IMG/VR virus record: IMGVR_UViG_3300011517_000006
Span: 1-64,000 of that record
Direction: 5' to 3' (one strand)
Source of the DNA: a virus
Taxonomy: Duplodnaviria; Caudoviricetes
Length of the DNA stretch: 64,000 nucleotides
Shown here: positions 62,296 through 64,000 of the stretch, piece by piece
Layout of the letters: each line of letters begins with the position of its first letter
How positions within the stretch are numbered: position 1 is the stretch's first letter
Translations under genes and position numbers: made by a program
The notes under the pieces: model-generated
What the model was told of the DNA's origin: nothing
What the model saw: the letters and a program-made list of their open reading frames with translations, nothing else
Database searches by the model: none

Positions 62296-62502
62296 ATGGT
62301 CGAGCGCATCACGCTCATGCAGCAGTACGCCGTGAACGAGCAGCGGCGCCGGGGGAGAACGGACCGTCAGATCGAGAAGATCGTCGGCCTTCCCCACGGC
62401 ATCCTCTCTCGCCGCTTCATCGTCGTCGACGACCGCGACCCCCTCCCCCGGCGAGGCCCCAGCGCCAGCCCCCGCACCCTTCACCGATACACCCTGTTCT
62501 GA
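62296..62502 (+). CDS. Hypothetical small protein, possible HTH
   Basis: RTDRQIEKIVGLPHGILSR. Confidence 0.5.
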   Translation: MVERITLMQQYAVNEQRRRGRTDRQIEKIVGLPHGILSRRFIVVDDRDPLPRRGPSASPRTLHRYTLF

Positions 62503-62516
62503 AAGGCCCTCCCCTC

Positions 62517-63296
62517 ATGGGCAAAGCCACCAAACCCCGCCTGAACCCCCGCTCCAAGGGCGGTCGCCCCCGTCAGCAGGGCGAGCGCACCAAGGGCGGA
62601 CGCCTGAAGCACGCCCCGAACGAACGCGTCCTGCAGATGCGGGCCATCTTCGGCGTCGACCACATCGGCCAGGCCTTCTCCCCCATCCAGATCGCGCTGA
62701 GGAACGGCTGGCTGAGCGAAGCCGACTGCCGAACCGCCGCCGAGTTCGCATCGCTTTACGCCGCCGCCGGTATGGGTCGCAGCAGCATCAGCCTGTCGGC
62801 TGGCATGGAGGTGAAGCCGGGAGCGGATACGTCGGGCGATGTGACCGCCGCGTCGTTCTTCGCCACCCTGCCGGATCGTGAGGTCGCCGAGATCTGGGAC
62901 GCTGTGTTCACCGACGATGGCGGCCCTGCTCTGGGTCGAGAAGAGGCCGCAGCCCGCGCCATGAAGCGCTGGAAGCTGGCCTGCGCCGCCATGTCGCCCG
63001 ATCAGCGCGAAGAGGTGCACAACGTCTGCATCCTCGACAGCTTCCCGCAGTGGATCATCCAGCGGGCGCACGGGCACATGGAGACGAGCTGGGAGAGGAA
63101 GCGCGACCTGCTGATCGCCGGTCTACGCGCTATTCGGGCAGAGCTTCATCCGCCCAAGGGGAAGCCGGAGAAGCAGCCGGAAACAGCGGTCGCGTCTCCC
63201 CGTCCCCGAGCCCAGGTCGAGCGCACGGTCTATGTCGATGAAGACGGCGAACCCCTGTTGGAGGTCGAGCGCGTCGTCCGTCGACCAGCGGCTTGA
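62517..63296 (+). CDS. Hypothetical phage protein (late-regulator position)
   Basis: Typical codon usage; lies between the replication and packaging genes. Confidence 0.65.
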   Translation: MGKATKPRLNPRSKGGRPRQQGERTKGGRLKHAPNERVLQMRAIFGVDHIGQAFSPIQIALRNGWLSEADCRTAAEFASLYAAAGMGRSSISLSAGMEVKPGADTSGDVTAASFFATLPDREVAEIWDAVFTDDGGPALGREEAAARAMKRWKLACAAMSPDQREEVHNVCILDSFPQWIIQRAHGHMETSWERKRDLLIAGLRAIRAELHPPKGKPEKQPETAVASPRPRAQVERTVYVDEDGEPLLEVERVVRRPAA

Positions 63297-63491
63297 CAGG
63301 CGGATCGAATAGGAAGATAAGCCTAGGTGCAGTTATGTCAGGGTGGCACGAAATCCTGACCGAGAGACCCCGGAGCATCATGCGGCCGGGGTTCTTCGTA
63401 TCCGGCTCCCTTAAGGGCGAGAGGGCGGCAGGCTTAGGGTTGGGGGTTCCCGGCCGGGTCGGCCGTCTGCCCCCTTGGGCACACCATCATC

Positions 63492-63818
63492 ATGATCATC
63501 AGGAGCTCCGGACCAATGATCGGGAACACCGAAGACTTCCTCGTGCGCGCTGCTGATGCTGAGGCCAAGCCCATCGAGACCCTGACGGTCAAGCTGGCTG
63601 TGGACAGCGAGGCGTTTGAAGGCGCGATCAAAGCCGCTCTCGCAGAGGCCGGGCGTTCAATCGTGGGGGATCGCCCCATCACCATCATCTCCAGTCGGAA
63701 GGGCCTCGCCGTCAGTGTCGGCGGCCGACACATCGGCTTTGTAGCGGGCCAGGATAGCAGCACCCTGCACATCGCTGTTCCCCATGGCCTGACGAAAACC
63801 GTTGGCCCGTCGTCCTGA
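63492..63818 (+). CDS. Hypothetical protein
   Basis: ORF with plausible composition; start uncertain. Confidence 0.45.
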   Translation: MIIRSSGPMIGNTEDFLVRAADAEAKPIETLTVKLAVDSEAFEGAIKAALAEAGRSIVGDRPITIISSRKGLAVSVGGRHIGFVAGQDSSTLHIAVPHGLTKTVGPSS

Positions 63819-64000
63819 CCGCATCGCCGCCCAAGGCACCCAGCGCCTAAGAGGCCGCAGAGGCGTAGAGCAACGCAAGCGCCGCCTCGCCGCCGAGCCC
63901 CTGTGCAGGGATTGCATGGCCAAGGGGATCATCACCGCCTCGACGGTGCCCGACCACATCATCCCGCTGAGCCAGAACGGCCGAGACACCGACGACAACA
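63802..64000 (+). CDS. HNH endonuclease (partial, packaging-associated)
   Basis: EPLCRDC...TVPDHIIPLSQNGRDT.DN; TTG start inferred; truncated by the window end. Confidence 0.82.
   Translation, partial: MARRPDRIAAQGTQRLRGRRGVEQRKRRLAAEPLCRDCMAKGIITASTVPDHIIPLSQNGRDTDDN

Larger units (their letters stand above)
50031..64000. mobile_element. Prophage 2 (partial; continues beyond the window)
   Basis: Tyrosine integrase next to the tRNA fragment; xis, cI/cro, helicase/primase, HNH. Confidence 0.9.

Noticed and set aside
1-64000. CRISPR array, diversity-generating retroelement, retron, shufflon, IS element, rRNA
   Set aside because: No repeat-spacer array, reverse transcriptase, invertase with repeated crossover sites, transposase or rRNA-like sequence was seen.

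Overview
High-GC alphaproteobacterial DNA. The MucR-type and CtrA-type domains suggest a Caulobacteraceae host such as Brevundimonas (inference). Almost the whole window is two prophages in tandem at one tRNA(CAT) locus. Prophage 1 (1594-50002, 48,393 bp between its att repeats) appears complete and lambda-like. Its minus strand carries lysis, tail, head, terminase, NusG-paralog, primase/helicase and cro genes; its plus strand carries cI, the early accessory genes and a large serine integrase. It is bounded by a 16-bp direct repeat, TGGTGGTTGGAGGCGG (1594-1609 and 49987-50002), which is the 3' end of a tRNA. Prophage 2 (about 50031 to beyond 64000) is partial. It has a tyrosine integrase, xis, cI/cro, a ParB-like protein, SF2 helicase, toprim primase and an HNH nuclease, and it left a 44-bp 3' half of the tRNA at 49987-50030. 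Main observations: (1) the serine integrase attP lies inside its own gene, so integration swaps its C-terminus (tRNA-antisense-encoded IEPPTCGL in the prophage, HQRTPTLERTVKLAV in the excised circle); (2) a wHTH-ParB-MucR fusion and a receiver-less CtrA-like DNA-binding protein, a possible interface with the host cell-cycle circuit; (3) an approximately 450-nt hairpin-dense, apparently non-coding region after the prophage 2 primase, a candidate structured RNA. Operators, LexA-type boxes, an iteron-like origin and a tail-chaperone -1 frameshift site were also readable from the sequence. No CRISPR array, rRNA, reverse transcriptase or IS was seen. All product calls come from motif recognition by eye; no database searches were run.
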